This document shows positions 1-14,100 of a stretch of DNA of 64,000 bases, in pieces; position 1 is the stretch's first letter; each line of letters opens with the position of its first letter. Both the position numbers and the translations under genes were made by a program. The DNA is from Eledone cirrhosa. Lineage: Eukaryota. The notes beneath the pieces are model-generated. The model was not told the DNA's origin. It did no database searches and was given only the letters and a program-made list of their open reading frames with translations. Location of the stretch: NCBI GenBank assembly GCA_964016885.1, contig OZ024742.1, positions 90,396,001-90,460,000 on the forward strand. Reading direction: 5' to 3'.

Positions 1-1415
1 TGGCAAGAGTTGAAAGGAAGATATTGCTTGGAGTCTGTGGGCTTGTAGTATATGTCTGTTTCTATTTTTTTGTTATGGATCTTAATGAGGATGTCGAGGA
101 ACAGGAGTTGTTGATGGCTGTATTCCATCATAAAGTTAATATTCGTGTTGAGCCAATTTATAAGGGTGTGAAATTATTTAAGTTTCTCGATGTTTTCGTG
201 CCAAAGAATGAAGCAGTCATCTAGACATCGCTTCCAGTTCCTTTCAATGTGTAAGTGGACAGTTTCCAAATTTGTTTAGGACTTTAGTGTAGAGGGTGAT
301 TTCCAGGTATCCCATGACTAAGTTGGCATAAGTGGGGGCTGTTTTCGTTCCCACAGCGGTCCCAGATTTCTGCCTGTAGGGTTTGTTATTGAAAACGAAG
401 TAATTGCTCTCCAAGATAAATTTGAGTCCCTCTATCACGAATTCTTTTTTGATGCGTTGTGGGAGTTCATTGTGGTAATTATCCAGCCAGAATTGGATAG
501 CTTCTATTCCTAGGTTGTGGGGGATGCTGGAGTATAGGTTGACTACATCGAACGTCACTAGTAGGGTTTTTTCAGAAAGGGGCATATTAGGGAGGTGATT
601 GAGCATATTTAGGTCGTCCCTTATATAGCTTTTGATGTGTTTCAGAAAAGGCTTGAGAAGGGTATCAATGAAGTTGCTAAGGCGGTGGGTTTCGCAAGCG
701 GGGCCTGCTATTATAGGTCTTAATTTGAGATCATTGGGTGAGGGGACATTGATGACTATGTCTGTGGCTTCCTTGCATGCCTTACTTATTAATTCGCTTT
801 TATGTACTTTAGGGATACCGTAGAAAAGGCTGGATTTACTTGTGAAGTCTGTGATGAAGCTCAATTCCTTGTTAGTGAGTCCTTCTTTGTATTGGTTGAT
901 CAGAGTTTTTAGGTTTCTCATAATTTTCTGTTGATTGTACTATTCAGCCTTTTCGTAGTATGTTTCGTTTTCCAAAGTGGAGAGCGCTAAGTTGATATAG
1001 AATTCTGTCTCCATTAGGACTACTGTACTCCCTTTATCAGACTCTTTAATTGTAATGGTTCTGTCGGTTTTTAATCTATTTAATTCTTCCCGTTCTTTCT
1101 TGTTGGGGTTTGGCTTGTGTTTTTGTCTGTGCAAGTGTTGGTAAGGGAAGTTTGTGATGTGTTCACAGAATTCGTCCAGGATTATAATTCTACCTTTTGA
1201 TGGGGTGTAATTGCTTCTATTTCTGGCTAATGATTCATCCTCATTGTACTGCTAGAATAGTTCTTCACTGAGTCGTAACTTTCTACAGAAGTCTGTGATG
1301 TCTTCCTTCATTTCATAGTAGTTAGGACGTAGTGGGGTCGGTATGAATTTAAGACCTTTGGAGAGTAAGTTGATAAGGTTGGGTGTTGGTTCTGCACTAG
1401 TTAGATTGATAATAC
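1..1415 (-). mobile_element. Penelope-like element (PLE) reverse transcriptase, disrupted, runs off window start
   Basis: Consecutive minus ORFs 1252-1485 (INL..LLSKGLKFIPTP), 940-1134 (ITIKESDKGSTVVLM, the PLE KxxDKG motif) and 244-921 (FYGIPKVHK, LRPIIAG, TFDVVNLYSSIP, QKSGTAVGTKTAPTYANLVMG); frameshifted continuation below 244 reads WKRCLDDCFILW. Confidence 0.9.
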
Positions 1416-1700
1416 ATAAACGCACACATGCATTGCACACTGATGGGCACATACATATTTGTACACAACTATTCCAATACGGCAAGGCCTAATGGATTCC
1501 CCTTGCAGTACGTACAATCTGGACACTCACACACCCCTTGGTATTATGCCAATACTATATATCATTTCACACCTTTTATTATTAAGATTTTTGATGTTCT
1601 ATTGAGAGAATCGTTTTTACTGAAAATATCGAATAATGTACACCATTTTTACCAGTATCACAAAAATACTGGTCCACCCACACACACACACACGCACATT

Positions 1701-1743
<43 letters not shown>

Positions 1744-2400
1744 CTCCGTATAAGACAAGAGCTGAAAAATATCTTTTAACATGTTAAAATATCCCCCACA
1801 CACGTACAGACACATTCCTACTGACCATCCCTCTACCACGAATTACTCTGCTCCACACACACACACACACACACACTTGTCTTAATAGGCTTTTGAATTG
1901 TCAACAGGCTGCGGTTCGCACACACATCCCTGCTGACGATTATCACAACAACGAACCTCTTTACTACTACTACTACACATACACACACACACATATTTGT
2001 TTTGAAAGACTTATTTTTCAGTGACTTCTCAATCAGCCGACACAAACCTACATTTGGCGCAAAATCAATTTTTAACATTCACATGACCTCTACCGACCAA
2101 TCAAAATTGTTTTGACCACAAGAATTTTTGCAACACGAATTGACGCGAAACTTATTTTAATACATCTGGAGCCACTTTTTTTTTACATAAAACAGGTAGA
2201 ATTTCCAAAACTAATCAGATTAGAGCAAGCACCACGGGCGCTCTATCTCAAAATTATTTTTGAAAAGCATTAGAAATGCGCAACCGGTAAAACTTAAAAC
2301 CAAAACTGAATACTAACCAATACTATTACTAATTTTTACTTATTCCTAATTAAACTATTTTTCACTGGGAACAATTTGTCAGCATTTTCTTTTCCGTTTA

Positions 2401-2454
<54 letters not shown>

Positions 2455-2650
2455 AATAAATTATCGAGAATCGGAATCTCGGCCCACGAAATAACGAAAC
2501 ACAATCTTCGAAATGCATGGCAAAGGGCTCAATAGTTTGGATAAACCAGAGCTATAACTATCGTTTAAATACCAACACATAGAGACAATGCTTAAAATCA
2601 TTCGCACAACCGAAAAAACGACCAGGAAAATTCGGGTCATACAAATAATA
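2455..2650 (+). repeat. ~200-bp dispersed repeat flanked by (TA)n; second copy inverted at ~29520-29716
   Basis: ttatcgagaatcggaatctcggcccacgaaataacgaaa... matches the reverse complement of 29520-29716 with scattered substitutions. Confidence 0.75.
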
Positions 2651-2905
2651 AATTAAATGAAATATATATATACATACACATGTATATATATACATAATAA
2701 ATTAAATGAAATATATATATACATACACATGTATATATATACATAATAAATTAAATGAAATATATATATACATACACATGTATATATATACATAATAAAT
2801 TAAATGAAATATATATATACATACACATGTATATATATACATAATAAATTAAATGAAATATATATATACATACACACATTTATATATATACATACACACA
2901 CGTAT
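2645..2905. repeat. ~49-bp tandem minisatellite, about 5 copies
   Basis: Unit aataaattaaatgaaatatatatatacatacacatgtatatatatacat repeated directly. Confidence 0.9.
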
Positions 2906-3015
2906 ATATATGGGCCTTCCGGTTTCATTTCACATTATATACGTCTGTGTATATTTTAATTATTTAAAAATTATTTTTAAGTGAACATGATTTTTAAAAA
3001 ATATTTTGAAATGAA

Positions 3016-3044
3016 CGTGACCCAACGAGTCACGGGTGGTCTAG
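3016..3044 (+). mobile_element. Helitron-type 3' terminus (hairpin + CTAG|T)
   Basis: cgtgac-ccaacga-gtcacg hairpin followed by CTAG then T. Confidence 0.55.
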
Positions 3045-3529
3045 TTACTATTAAGTTTTAAATACTTATTTTCAAAAAAAAAGATTGTAAAATTACATAT
3101 AAAATATACAAAAATTCTTACAATGATGTGGTTTTGGATGCCATATAGGTGGTCGTGGAGGCCAAGGATGTGGTATTTGGTGCCATGGAAATAACGGCCC
3201 GAGTGCAGCTGTTTTTCCGATGATGAAAGTCAGCAGAATACAAGCGGTGAAAATTAGGATTTTGGCCATGTTGCTATATGACTTTTCAATTTAGTATAGA
3301 GCAAGGAGGCATTTTTATACTGTTCTAATACAGAAAAAAATAGTAACTAGTTATCTGTAATTCCCATGGAATTCTTTTCATGTTTTGATATCGAATTTCG
3401 TGCGTGGGAATTTCTCACGGTTTAACATATTTTCTAATTACGCATTGACATCATTAAAAAAACAATAAAATATTGAAATAACCTGAAATTGTAATAAAAA
3501 TAAATCGTAAGTCTCATTATTATTACAAC

Positions 3530-3910
3530 ATCGGTGAATTGGCAGTATCGTCCCTTTACGGTCTGAGTTCAAATCCCGTCGAGGTTAACTTTGCCTTTCA
3601 TCCTTACGGGGTCGATAAAATAAAGTACCGGTAATGTACTGGGTAATTGTTGGCCCTGTGCCTAAAGTAGAAACAATTATTATTACATCATCGATACGAT
3701 TGTGATCATCACCATCATCACCATAATCATCAGCATCGTCATGGTCAGACACCATGTTTTGCAGAGTTATATCCCTTTTCGTTCTGAGTTCAAATCCCGT
3801 CGAGGTTAGCTTTGCCCTTCATCCTTACGGAGTCGATAAAAAAAGCACCAGTCATCGCTAGGGTAATTGCTGGCCTTGGACCAAAAGTAGAAACATTATT
3901 ATCATTATTG
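3530..3910 (+). mobile_element. Two tRNA-derived SINE copies (Meta-SINE-like core)
   Basis: B-box-like GAGTTCAAATCC, core ctttgcctttcatccttacggggtcgataaaataaagtacc, tail gtagaaacaattatt; copies at ~3530-3685 and ~3760-3910. Confidence 0.8.
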
Positions 3911-4779
3911 GTGGCCAACTGGCCATAAGTTTGTCGTTTTTCTCAATGTTTAAAAACATTATTTTGCTTAAAGTTTTGTACTGTTTTGTAGATAAATTTG
4001 GCTGGTCGATTTTAGTTTAGCTTTTGAAGGATCAATTAGTCCTTTAAAAACAATTACAAGACATTTGTTTTAAAACATGCCTAATCAACCAAGGCCAGCC
4101 ACTGAACGGAATGTAAGAGCCAAACATCGGTAAAACTCATCAAGGCGTTGGAAGCAATGGAAATGTACCAATTCAAGCCCCTATTTCTGAAACAATGCGG
4201 CTATGTCGTTACTACTGTCACCTCCAGCGATACTACATCTGAGAAAAAACTAACGTGGTCAATTTCGAAAACAACAACACCACCACCAGTACCACTAAAA
4301 CAACAGAAAATAAAGAAAATAACAATGACAAGAGCAGTAACAACAACAGGAACGACTAAAACCATATGAAAAGCAACAACATGGACAGTAACAACAACAA
4401 TACTTCTGTAGCTACGACAGCCAAATCAACAGAACGCTTCTACAGGAATATAAGAAAAAAAGAATCTTATTTAGCAAAAAACAAAAAATTTAGTAGAAAT
4501 GGAAAAGACCTGAATTAATGTAAGCGTTTCTGCCAAGGTATTGGCATTTACAAAGAGAAAAAACCTTAATATAAAAATGTATTTCCGTAATATAAAAATA
4601 ACAGAATTAGCCCGTCGAACACACGAGGAAAACGCTTTGAAAGATATTGTGCAACATATCGAGCATGGCACAAGAGCCAGACAATTTGGAAGCATCACGG
4701 TGCTCTTCAATATTGAAGCCCTTGCCTTAAAACACTCTCTGATCCCTTGCGTAACGGACCAATACATATTTCTCTCTTA

Positions 4780-6774
4780 CTATTTGGGAAGATGATCGGA
4801 TATCTTCATTTATCGCTGGTGTTGATACAAAACATGTGACAGCCATTCAGAAGAAGAATATAATTCACGATATAAATGTAAGAAAGAGAACACAGGATGA
4901 AGATGTCAAGATGTCTGAGAAAGTAGCTCTTGAAAGTTCGTCATCCATCTCAACTATTAATGATGATGATGAAATCTTCAGGTCAGCACCGCCCCAGAAG
5001 TCGCCGCAATTAAAGCCGACTCTCGCCACCACGCTTGTTATAACGTGAGAACGGGAGAATCTATCGGTACGACAAACAAGTAATTCTTATATCCCAATTA
5101 CGAGGAATCTTGGCCATGATGTGACTGAACTCAGGATTTCCACCTCAACAGTTTATCGAGCAAGAACCAGTCACCGTGAGAAGATAGCTCAGGAAATAAT
5201 ATTATCTGCTTCCCCACCCGAATACAGATCATGGCTAGTCCTTCGTTGGGATGGAAAATGATTACCATCAGCTCCCAATCCAGCACATTCGACAATCTAA
5301 TTGCAGATTTAGTTACAGGAAAAGGAAAGGTGCTCTTAGGTATTCTGATTACAAGTCAGAGAAGTCGTTTTCAAGAAAATTCAACGACAAAATTGAAGAT
5401 AAAATAATTGGTGTGCACTTCGCCATCATTGTCCGTAACACCGGCATGCATCAAGGAGCCTATACGAAAATTGAAAAAACATCAATCTTCTGGCTGGCTT
5501 GCTGCTATCACATTCTTGAACTGGCTTTGAAGAAAATATTTTACCCATCATCTGTTTCCTGTCTCACACTGTTCAAAGAATTCCAGGAACGTTGGGACCT
5601 CTAAAATATGTCTCATTATCAAACTATCTTGGATGATGATGAGCCCATGGAAGATTTTGCAAACAGAATTGGGAGGAGATGGTTGAATATCTACTGACTG
5701 TACTGCTTTCTTGAGATAATCTTCGAGAAAGCTATGCCGAGTTCATAAAGCTTTCCCGACTATCCTTGTGGTTGCACATCTCCCCAGTTCACCTTCTTGT
5801 TCTGAGGAGCTTGCCACAAGGTACGTTTGTTGACTATGGTTATATATGTGATTAAGATAGTTCTGTTCAAACAACTTAAGCTTACACCACGTGCGTCAGG
5901 AGATCTACAAAAAGTCGTTTAATTTATGATTTTGGTGTATGTAAAATTTTGGAACGAAGCCATGGTTCCAAGATTTTCAATTTGATTAAGCCGCTACTAA
6001 TATATCCTGATCAACAGATCGAAACTGTAGTACTTGCTAGAAGAGTAGTAGTGTTGGCTTTTTTTTATGAATGTCTTGGGCTGGATGAAAAAGAAAATGT
6101 TCCAAAATTTAACAAAAGAAATAAAAATGACGGGAAGAGGTAGGGTGAAGGGAAAGGAATGGCTTTCGGCAACAAAGAACTGAGTGACTTCGTTACGAAG
6201 AAAACAAATAACTTTTTCCATCTGATTGACATTGTCCCAAACAATTTGGATTTTTGCATTGAAGGCGATATCAAAGCATTTGTTGATACTCTGAAAGTTC
6301 TGAATGACAATGCTGAGCAAGGTATTTATCTCATAAAGGGGATTAATGTTCGACGAATGATGAAAATCAGAAACAGTTCCTACTAAAATTTGTTGTGGGG
6401 GAAAGGAAACAAGTGCTCCAGAGGAGAAGGTTGGTCGTTTCCGGTTAAACATTTCATTCATAAAAAGTGTTTCTCTCTTTAACCCCATTATTATTGCGTA
6501 TTTAGAACGAATTCCTCCTGCTTATTTTCATTTCATTTCATTTCATCCTCTCGTATTATTTCTTAGTTGGATCCAGTAAAGGGAGCAGAAATGACAATAA
6601 ACTACAAGCCAGAAAAAAAAAAATCATCATAAATAAAAAGATGTGAAAGTGTGCAACCTTTAAAATATTATTCGATTGACCTATAATTCGGCATACTTCA
6701 TTATTCTATCAACCCAAATACAAACATAATCAACCTGAGATGATTGACAAATAGGTTTCAAAATAGACACCCTA
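4780..6774 (+). mobile_element. Decayed hAT-superfamily (hATm-like) DNA transposon
   Basis: Broken-frame motifs WDGK (~5247), VHF..VRNTGMHQGA, WLACCYHILEL and LKVLNDNAEQG; a candidate right TIR ending ...agacacccta at 6774 (TAGGGTG on minus). Left end not found. Confidence 0.6.
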
Positions 6775-7149
6775 GTGTATATATTGATAAACTTTGATAC
6801 ATTCTGTATTTTTACAGATATAATTTTATCATACATTTCGACTGCTAGCGCCTTTCTTAATATATATATTATAATACTAATACATCATGGGTTACGAATA
6901 AATATGAATACGTTGCAATAAATACATGTTTAATATATGTTTATTCTCCTTGTGAAATTAGGGCCGTTGTTAAACCCCAGAGCGTTGACATATTGGTATA
7001 AAGATCAATTCGATTACTTTTGTCTTTTGTAAAACGCATGGAAGTCGCTTATTCCTGCCTTCTAAACTATTGAAAAAAACTAAATATTAAAAATATTAAC
7101 ACTTTTTAATGTGTACTTCAGTGAGCAACAACCTTCTGCATCGATAATG

Positions 7150-9050
7150 TTGGGCCCAGCTAGTTTGGGACACAAAGTGGGGGATCCACGCCTAAGATTC
7201 CCGACGAGAGTTATAAACTAGGCCTTTATCGGCAGGAATTTGAATATGGCAACATTGATTGACAGAAGATTGACAATTCGGTTTTGTCATCAAATATCAA
7301 TGGATATATGACAGTAGTCGGCATGGGACTGAGAGTCAGGCAATATTATATCAATGGACTACTGTCATTTTAGCTTATAATATAACAAAATATTCTCAAA
7401 GAGAATAAATATCTCTAAATATATTTACACCTGTAAACGTAAGCACCTGCAAACCTGGAATATTAAATAGTGTGTATATCACAACGTCTTGATACATTCA
7501 CATACATTCTGAGAAACTTAAATACCACCAAGCTCTTCTAAACGAACGAGGTACGCAACAATGTATTGCCTGTTTGAGAGATGTTTACGGTCTCCGGATA
7601 AATGGTAAGGACAATAAAATGTAAGGACAGTTTACCCCTCTACACAGAGAAACGTGATATCATGAAATATTGGCAGAAACATCTTAGTAGACTATTAAAC
7701 CGGCGCTCAATAATTTCTCCCAAGGCTCAATAATTTCAATAATTTCTCCTGAGAACGTATCCAACAACTTGCAGAAAATATACCACTTTATATCTACGAC
7801 GGAGTAGGGAAGAGCTGCAAACTGCCATCCGTGAATCAAAACGGAGGCAGTGCTTGACATTGAGAGCATTCCCAGGCCGGTCTACAAACAGATTCAGGAA
7901 AAGGCTGTCGAAAAGCAAGCCCCATTTTACGTCGTATTCACCAACTTTGTAAAGTATTCGACTGTGTTTAAGGAGAGACATTATGGACTTTGCTCAAAAG
8001 GTATGGTTACCCGAACAAATTTGCGAAAATAGACAGGTAGTTCCACGAAGATATATTGCCAACGGTTTCACTTGGGAGCAACAATTCAGTCCCATTCCGT
8101 GCTCACTCCAGCACTATTTTCTTATTCCTGGGTGTTGTGCTTGAAAATATGGCGGACGAGCTCACAGGGGAAGTATATATCCACTCAAGAATAGATGGTG
8201 AATTGTTAAATTTATCAAGGCTAAGATCCTGTATAAAGTGCGATATGTGTGTCCATGAGCTTTTCTTTTCTGATGACTCATTCCTAATGGCCCACTGTCT
8301 GGAAGACATTCAGAGGATTAAACATCATGTCGGATGTATTGCAGCAGCATTCAGTCTTTCAATCAATGTGCGAAAGACTGAAGCCTGGAGCCAGGCGGAA
8401 GCTGGAATACCAGAAAATGAACCACCCATCATCCTGATCACAAATCAGTCTTTGATTGTAATAAAATGTTTTCCCTATTCATCAGTTCGATTTCTGATGC
8501 GAACAACCTGAATATCGATGTGAATCACCGCATCCTGTCCGCTTGATCACCTTCGGAAATCTCAACGGCCGTTTATTGAAACAACATAGCATAAAACTCT
8601 CATAAAAATTCAAAGTGTACTGAGCAGTAGTGCTATCTTGTCTTCTGTATTCTGCCGAGACTTACACTCTATCGTCGCCATATTAAAAAGGTTATGAGCT
8701 GTCAGTTGTGCAATCTACAATACATAATGAATATTTACTGGCAAAACCACATCTCTAACCAGGTGGTCCTGAAGTGCGCACATATGCCTCGTTTTGTGTT
8801 GACCCTATTGGAGTCGAAGTTACACTAGGTTGAACATGTAATTCGGATGAAAAAGACTGGTATCCTCAATAATATTCTTTATAGTTAGTTGAAATGTGAA
8901 AAACCGTTGAAGGAGATGCCCCAAACTCTTTTATAAAGATGTCATCAAAAAATACCTCAATTAATTGTTTCGTTCCGAAAACAAAGGTCAAAGAGGAAGA
9001 CAGTAACTAATCGCAAGAACATGGAGGAGAGTTCTAGAAAAGGAGGAGAA
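7150..9050 (+). mobile_element. Old degenerate RTE-clade LINE
   Basis: RT remnants QIQEKAVEKQAPFYVVF, GVY-like 'EVYIHSRIDGELLNLSRLRS', ELFFSDD, LSINVRKTE; many stops and frameshifts. Confidence 0.75.
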
Positions 9051-9989
9051 TTTGCAAAGTCAAACTGGTCGGAGCTACAAGAATGAAAGATATAAAAATA
9101 AAACAGAGAACGATCTGTCACACTGATATTGCTAATTATATTTTGCTATATCTACGGGCATGATTGTGCCAACATTTTTGGTCTACTGTCTCGTGAAAGA
9201 ACGAGGACCGTTGATGGAGTTTCTTCATTGTTTAACTATAATAATTTGCGGTAGAGATTATCTAATACTATGTCATACACGATTACAAGTGACTACCGAG
9301 ACAACTAAGAGAAGAGAGATCGCTCGATTACTTACTTATATTTAACTATGTCTAGTCAGAATGGCACTAGCAATTTCTATTTCGAAGTTAAGAGACATAT
9401 ACTGTAAGGTCCAATGTTTGCGTGTTGAGATGCATATAATATAGCGCGGTAGGAATTACACAACATATTAAGTAAAAAAGCACGAAGATAAACTTTCACA
9501 AATATCGGAAATTCCTTTGACAGTTGTTGGCTAGAGTTAGTGATATCAACATCGAAATGACTGTCTTTCCAGTAATGTAGTTGTACGTAAATAACTAGAA
9601 GGAAACGATATAATGAAGACAAGAAACTACAAAAAATACTATATTATACGAAACATATTGAAGTCTGACGACTAACACAATCGAAATCTAGTAGTATGGA
9701 ATTATGAAGTTCTATCGACTAAATACTGGACGGTTGTGCATGAAAGTAATGCTGGAGATGAAGTAATAGTTATTTTCGGACTATAATCCTAGAATAAAGA
9801 AAGGAGCAAAAAGGTCAAACATATCTGACTAGTACCCAAGCCAAGCAGGGTGATGGGACACAAGTAACAGCAGGAATTGGCAAAAGAAAGAAGCAAAGCT
9901 GAGAGTTAGAGGAACCCGATTGAGAAAAGGAGGGTGAAAAACAGTGAAATAGAGAGGAGCGTATAAACATACATATGAAGATATATATA

Positions 9990-9991
<2 letters not shown>

Positions 9992-10064
<73 letters not shown>
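9992..10064. repeat. (TA)n(GA)n compound microsatellite
   Basis: Seen directly. Confidence 0.95.
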
Positions 10065-10068
<4 letters not shown>

Positions 10069-11135
10069 TTATTTGCCACAAGACGTCCACATTACAAGAC
10101 GTCCAACATCGTGGGGAAAGTTTTCTTTAAGGAAACTGTCTTATTAGTTTATTAGTTTTATTGTGTAGTCTTTATTAGTGTGTTTGTGAAGATTTCCCCT
10201 TCTTTCTGAATGGTGAAGTCTTTTGAGATGGCATCCATTAGGTTTTTATTTGTGGTGTTAATGTATATGTATTGTGGTTTGATTTTTTGCGGTGATATTT
10301 CTGTTTGTTGCTTGTGGTCTAATTTTCTTTTGATGGTGGGAAGTTGTGCTTGTGCTGGTGTTGGTGTTTGTTTTGCTGGTGGGGTGATAGTGTCTGTGTT
10401 GTTGGTGTGGTTGCCATTTGTGGTGGTGTCTGTGTATTTGTGTTGGTGATTGGTGTTTTGCGTTTTTGCGGTGTCACTTTCTTTTTTTTTTCTTTTTTAG
10501 ACTTTTGAGGCTCCTTTTCATCCTCGCTTGAAGATGAGGTGGTTGCCGCATCTGAGGTGTTTTCATCGGGGGTATGTGGGAGGGGTATGTTGTGTGGTAA
10601 TTGAGTGTTTGTGTGTGTGTTTGTGGAAGTGTTAGACAGAGGGGGGAGGGGAGGATAGAGTCCTTCAGGGGAATCTTTGGTGTGGTGTCTTTTTTGGTTT
10701 GCGATGGTGGAGTGGATGTTGATGGTTTTGGGGTTGTGTTCTTGGTTTTCGGGTTTTACTGTTGAGGTTTGAATGTTGGTAGCAACACCTTGTTTGGTCT
10801 TTCTGTGTTCAGCGTTGGGCAGAATACTTTTATATGAGTCTTTCCCACATTAAAAACACTGTGGCTTTCTGCACTCCACTGGGATGTTGATACCAGAGTT
10901 GTTATCACCAGGTACCCTTTCAAGTATTTTTGCAATTCTTTTTGGTCTCATTTGAACGAAGAGTTCTACTGAAGTCCCAATCCAGTTATACCAGGTTGAC
11001 TTCTTTACAGAAAGGAGGATGTCTTCACACTCCTCCAAAAAGCCACCCAGGATCCACCAAATTTTGGTGTTCGGTGGGATCTGGGACACCTCTATTTTAT
11101 GGTCTTCTTCCCATGTATGTCCGGAAGAAGATATA
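10065..11135 (-). mobile_element. Tx1/L1-related piece carrying ORF1 (gag-like, CCHC knuckle) and a 3' tail but no ORF2
   Basis: ORF 10850-11089 continues through a stop and frameshift as CF*CGK/THIKVFCP (zinc knuckle), then a low-complexity K/T/N-rich tract; ends tgtggcaAATAAAg followed by (TC)n on minus. Confidence 0.55.
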
Positions 11136-11139
11136 GATA

Positions 11140-14100
11140 AATTACTTTATTAGCCACAAAAGAAGGAGACAAATACAAATGGGGAGTTTACATACAGGTA
11201 TATGAAAATAAAACTATTAATACAATAACAAATAACAATTGAAATCTCCAATAGGGGGGGGGGGTACACAGGGTTGTACACACCCCGAAAAAATGTACAA
11301 CCCTCATCTCCAGGAGCACGAAGAGTGAGTACTCCCTTCCTCTTTTTCCTCAACCTACAGGCTTATATAGAGAGAAGGCCCAACTACTCGGGCCATCTTT
11401 GCCACATTCACCGACCTTTTATAAAATTTGCTAGGGTATAACACCTATCTCTCCATCCTGATTCTTCTTCCAAAATGATATTTGAAAAAACGAATCAGTT
11501 GCTCGCCGGAGAGAAAGGAGTCTGACCTCAGCCCTTTTAACCTCGTCCACCATATAACCTGTTTCAACATAGCCATAACACATAGGAAAACCGCCTCTCC
11601 CTCGTTTTTGAAGAAGGGTGGCGTTTTGATCATGACAATGTACTCGGTGGTCAACTGGATTGGTCCCACTCGCGACAATAGTCGTTCTACATAGCCCCAC
11701 AGGTCGGTAACGTCCGGGCAGTGTACAAATGCGTATGCGACGGTTTCCTCGTCGCGCACGCATCTCGAACAGATCTTTTTAGAAGGATCCCTACCCGGGC
11801 GCCCGTGTCTGTAGAGCTTTCTCGAACTGGTAGAGCTCCTCGGTAGCACTGCCAGGCCAGGGACTTTTGGAAGTTGTCCATTGGTCTCGGGAGGAAGGTC
11901 CTACCGAACAGACTGGCCAGTTTGTCCTCCTCTACGCCTAGAGTTTCTCCTAGCGTGTCGCACTTGCTGCGGACCAACCCTCTATAGAATGTGAAGTGGA
12001 GTCTCCACTGATCGCCGAGTCCGTTTGCCAGAGGAATGTGAGCGCCTGAGCACATTCGATGTGCGAGTCGCCCATTTTCCTCGGTCTTTGCTTGACCTAG
12101 GACTGCAGCTCGGTCAGCGAGACGAGTCGTGGGAAGGCTCACCTCACGAACGGGGCCCACACCGGTTGTCTGGTGAGGAATACGTGGAGGTGCCGCAGCC
12201 TGAGCGCGTGTTTGCGCATCGTCAGCCACGGCATTCCCAGCCCTCCGTTTGAAGGGTGTTGGCAGCAGATGGATCTTCTCACCAAAGGAGCCCGTTTCTT
12301 CCAAAGGAATTGGAAGAGCGCGCGCTCCATTTTAGTGAGCGTTTTGGCTGGACAAGGCACAACGGCCAAGCGGTAGTAGATGACGGACGCTATAAAAGTG
12401 TTCGCCACCTCCGCTCGACCTTTCACGGATAGTTTGTACTCGGCCTACTTCTGGGTGAGTGCAAACACCTTGGCCGTCAGCTCGTTCCAGTTCTTCTCCA
12501 CCTGGAGGTCAGGACCAAACCAGACCCCGAGCAGCTTTACCGGTCCTTCCGTCAAGCGTCCGACGACGTCATCGGAAGGCATGGGTTTGCCTCTCCACAT
12601 TCCGAGTTGCAAACCGACGGATTTGTCCCGGTTCAGCTTCGCTCCTGTGAACCTTTCGTATTCCTCCAGTAAGGTGCCGATCTCCCCGATTTGCGAGGTG
12701 CTTGACGCCATTACTGTCACGTCGTCGGCGTAGGCCGACGCCGCTTTTCGCAGTCCCGGTTCCAAAGGGATGCCCTGCAATAGCTCCAACTTCCGCAGTA
12801 GTGGCTCGAGAGTCAGTACGTACAGAAGGGAGGAGAGAGGGCATCCCTGTCGGATGGATCGCGTGATATGGAACGGCTCCGAGAGATAGCCGTTCACCTT
12901 GACCCTTGAGCAGATGTTGCTGTTGTGCATTGCAGCAATCCAGCCCCTGAACACGGGACCGAAGCCTGCCGCCTCGAGCACCGCATCCAGGTAACGATGG
13001 TCAACCCTATCGAAAGCCTTAGACTGATCCAAGTTGATCAGGGCCCCACCGAAGCCGGGTTTACACTCTACCCTCTCTATGATGTATCGCATGAGTGGGA
13101 GTTTGTCGAGTATGGACCTGGTCGGGATTGTGCATGTCTGCGCTTCTCCCACCAGGTTTTCGACGACAAGCGCCAGCTTCTTTGCCAACACCTTGGCTAA
13201 AATATGTAACTCTGTGTTGAGCAGCGTTATGGGCCGGAAGTTGCCTATGTCATCCCCCTTGTTCTCGTCCTTCCTGACTAACGTGATTACGCCCTTGGTC
13301 ACAGAACTGGGAATTCTCCCGTTCTGCTGCCAGTTGCAATAGACCGCTTCCAGGAGACCGGAGAACATGTCCAGAATTGCTACGTAGGGTAAACCGTCGA
13401 GACCTGGAGATTTGCGTTTGCCGCATTGGCTCAGCGCGTCCCCTATCTCAGCGGCCGAAATCGGCCTTTCGCAGAACTTCGCCTGGCTGTCCGAGAGTCG
13501 CAGCAGGCCGTCGAGGTATGAACCGAAATCCATATCCCCTTCCGGCGCGCCGCCCTGCCCGAACAGTTGAGCAAAGTGCCGCTGAAAGGCCGCGCACATT
13601 TGCTTTGGCTCACGTGTCACGCGTCCGTCTTGGTCCTTCAAAGACCGAATCGTGGACTTGTTGCCACTTTTCGCCTCCGCCACTCGGGCCCAGCTAACAG
13701 CTTTGGCTCCCTCGTTTCCCAGAGCACGTATTTTGCTTTTGACAACGCAGCCTTCATGCTTTGCGTCGAAGAACTGGTCCAAGGCCGGTCACGTCGCTAA
13801 CACGCTGCCACTCCTAAGTGCCTCTTCTACTTTATCTACCAGTTCCTTTTCGGTCTTATCTCTATCTAACACTAATTCCTTACTAAAACCTATCGAGTCT
13901 AATCTAACTGCCCTCTTGAGAGAGTACCACCATCTGTTGTTGACAATGGCCCCCATCAAGTGCTGCTTAACTAAAGTGCTAATCCGTCTACTGTAGGCTT
14001 TGCTTGTCGATAACGACAAGTTCGGCTTCCAGTAGCCGGGTCCCTTTCTATGGGTTTTGTGAAGGTTGACTAAGCAGGTCACTAATTTGTGATCTGAATA

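Noticed and set aside
2645-2905. Regular repeats that might suggest a CRISPR array
   Set aside because: Head-to-tail identical units with no unique spacers, in eukaryotic context with no cas genes.
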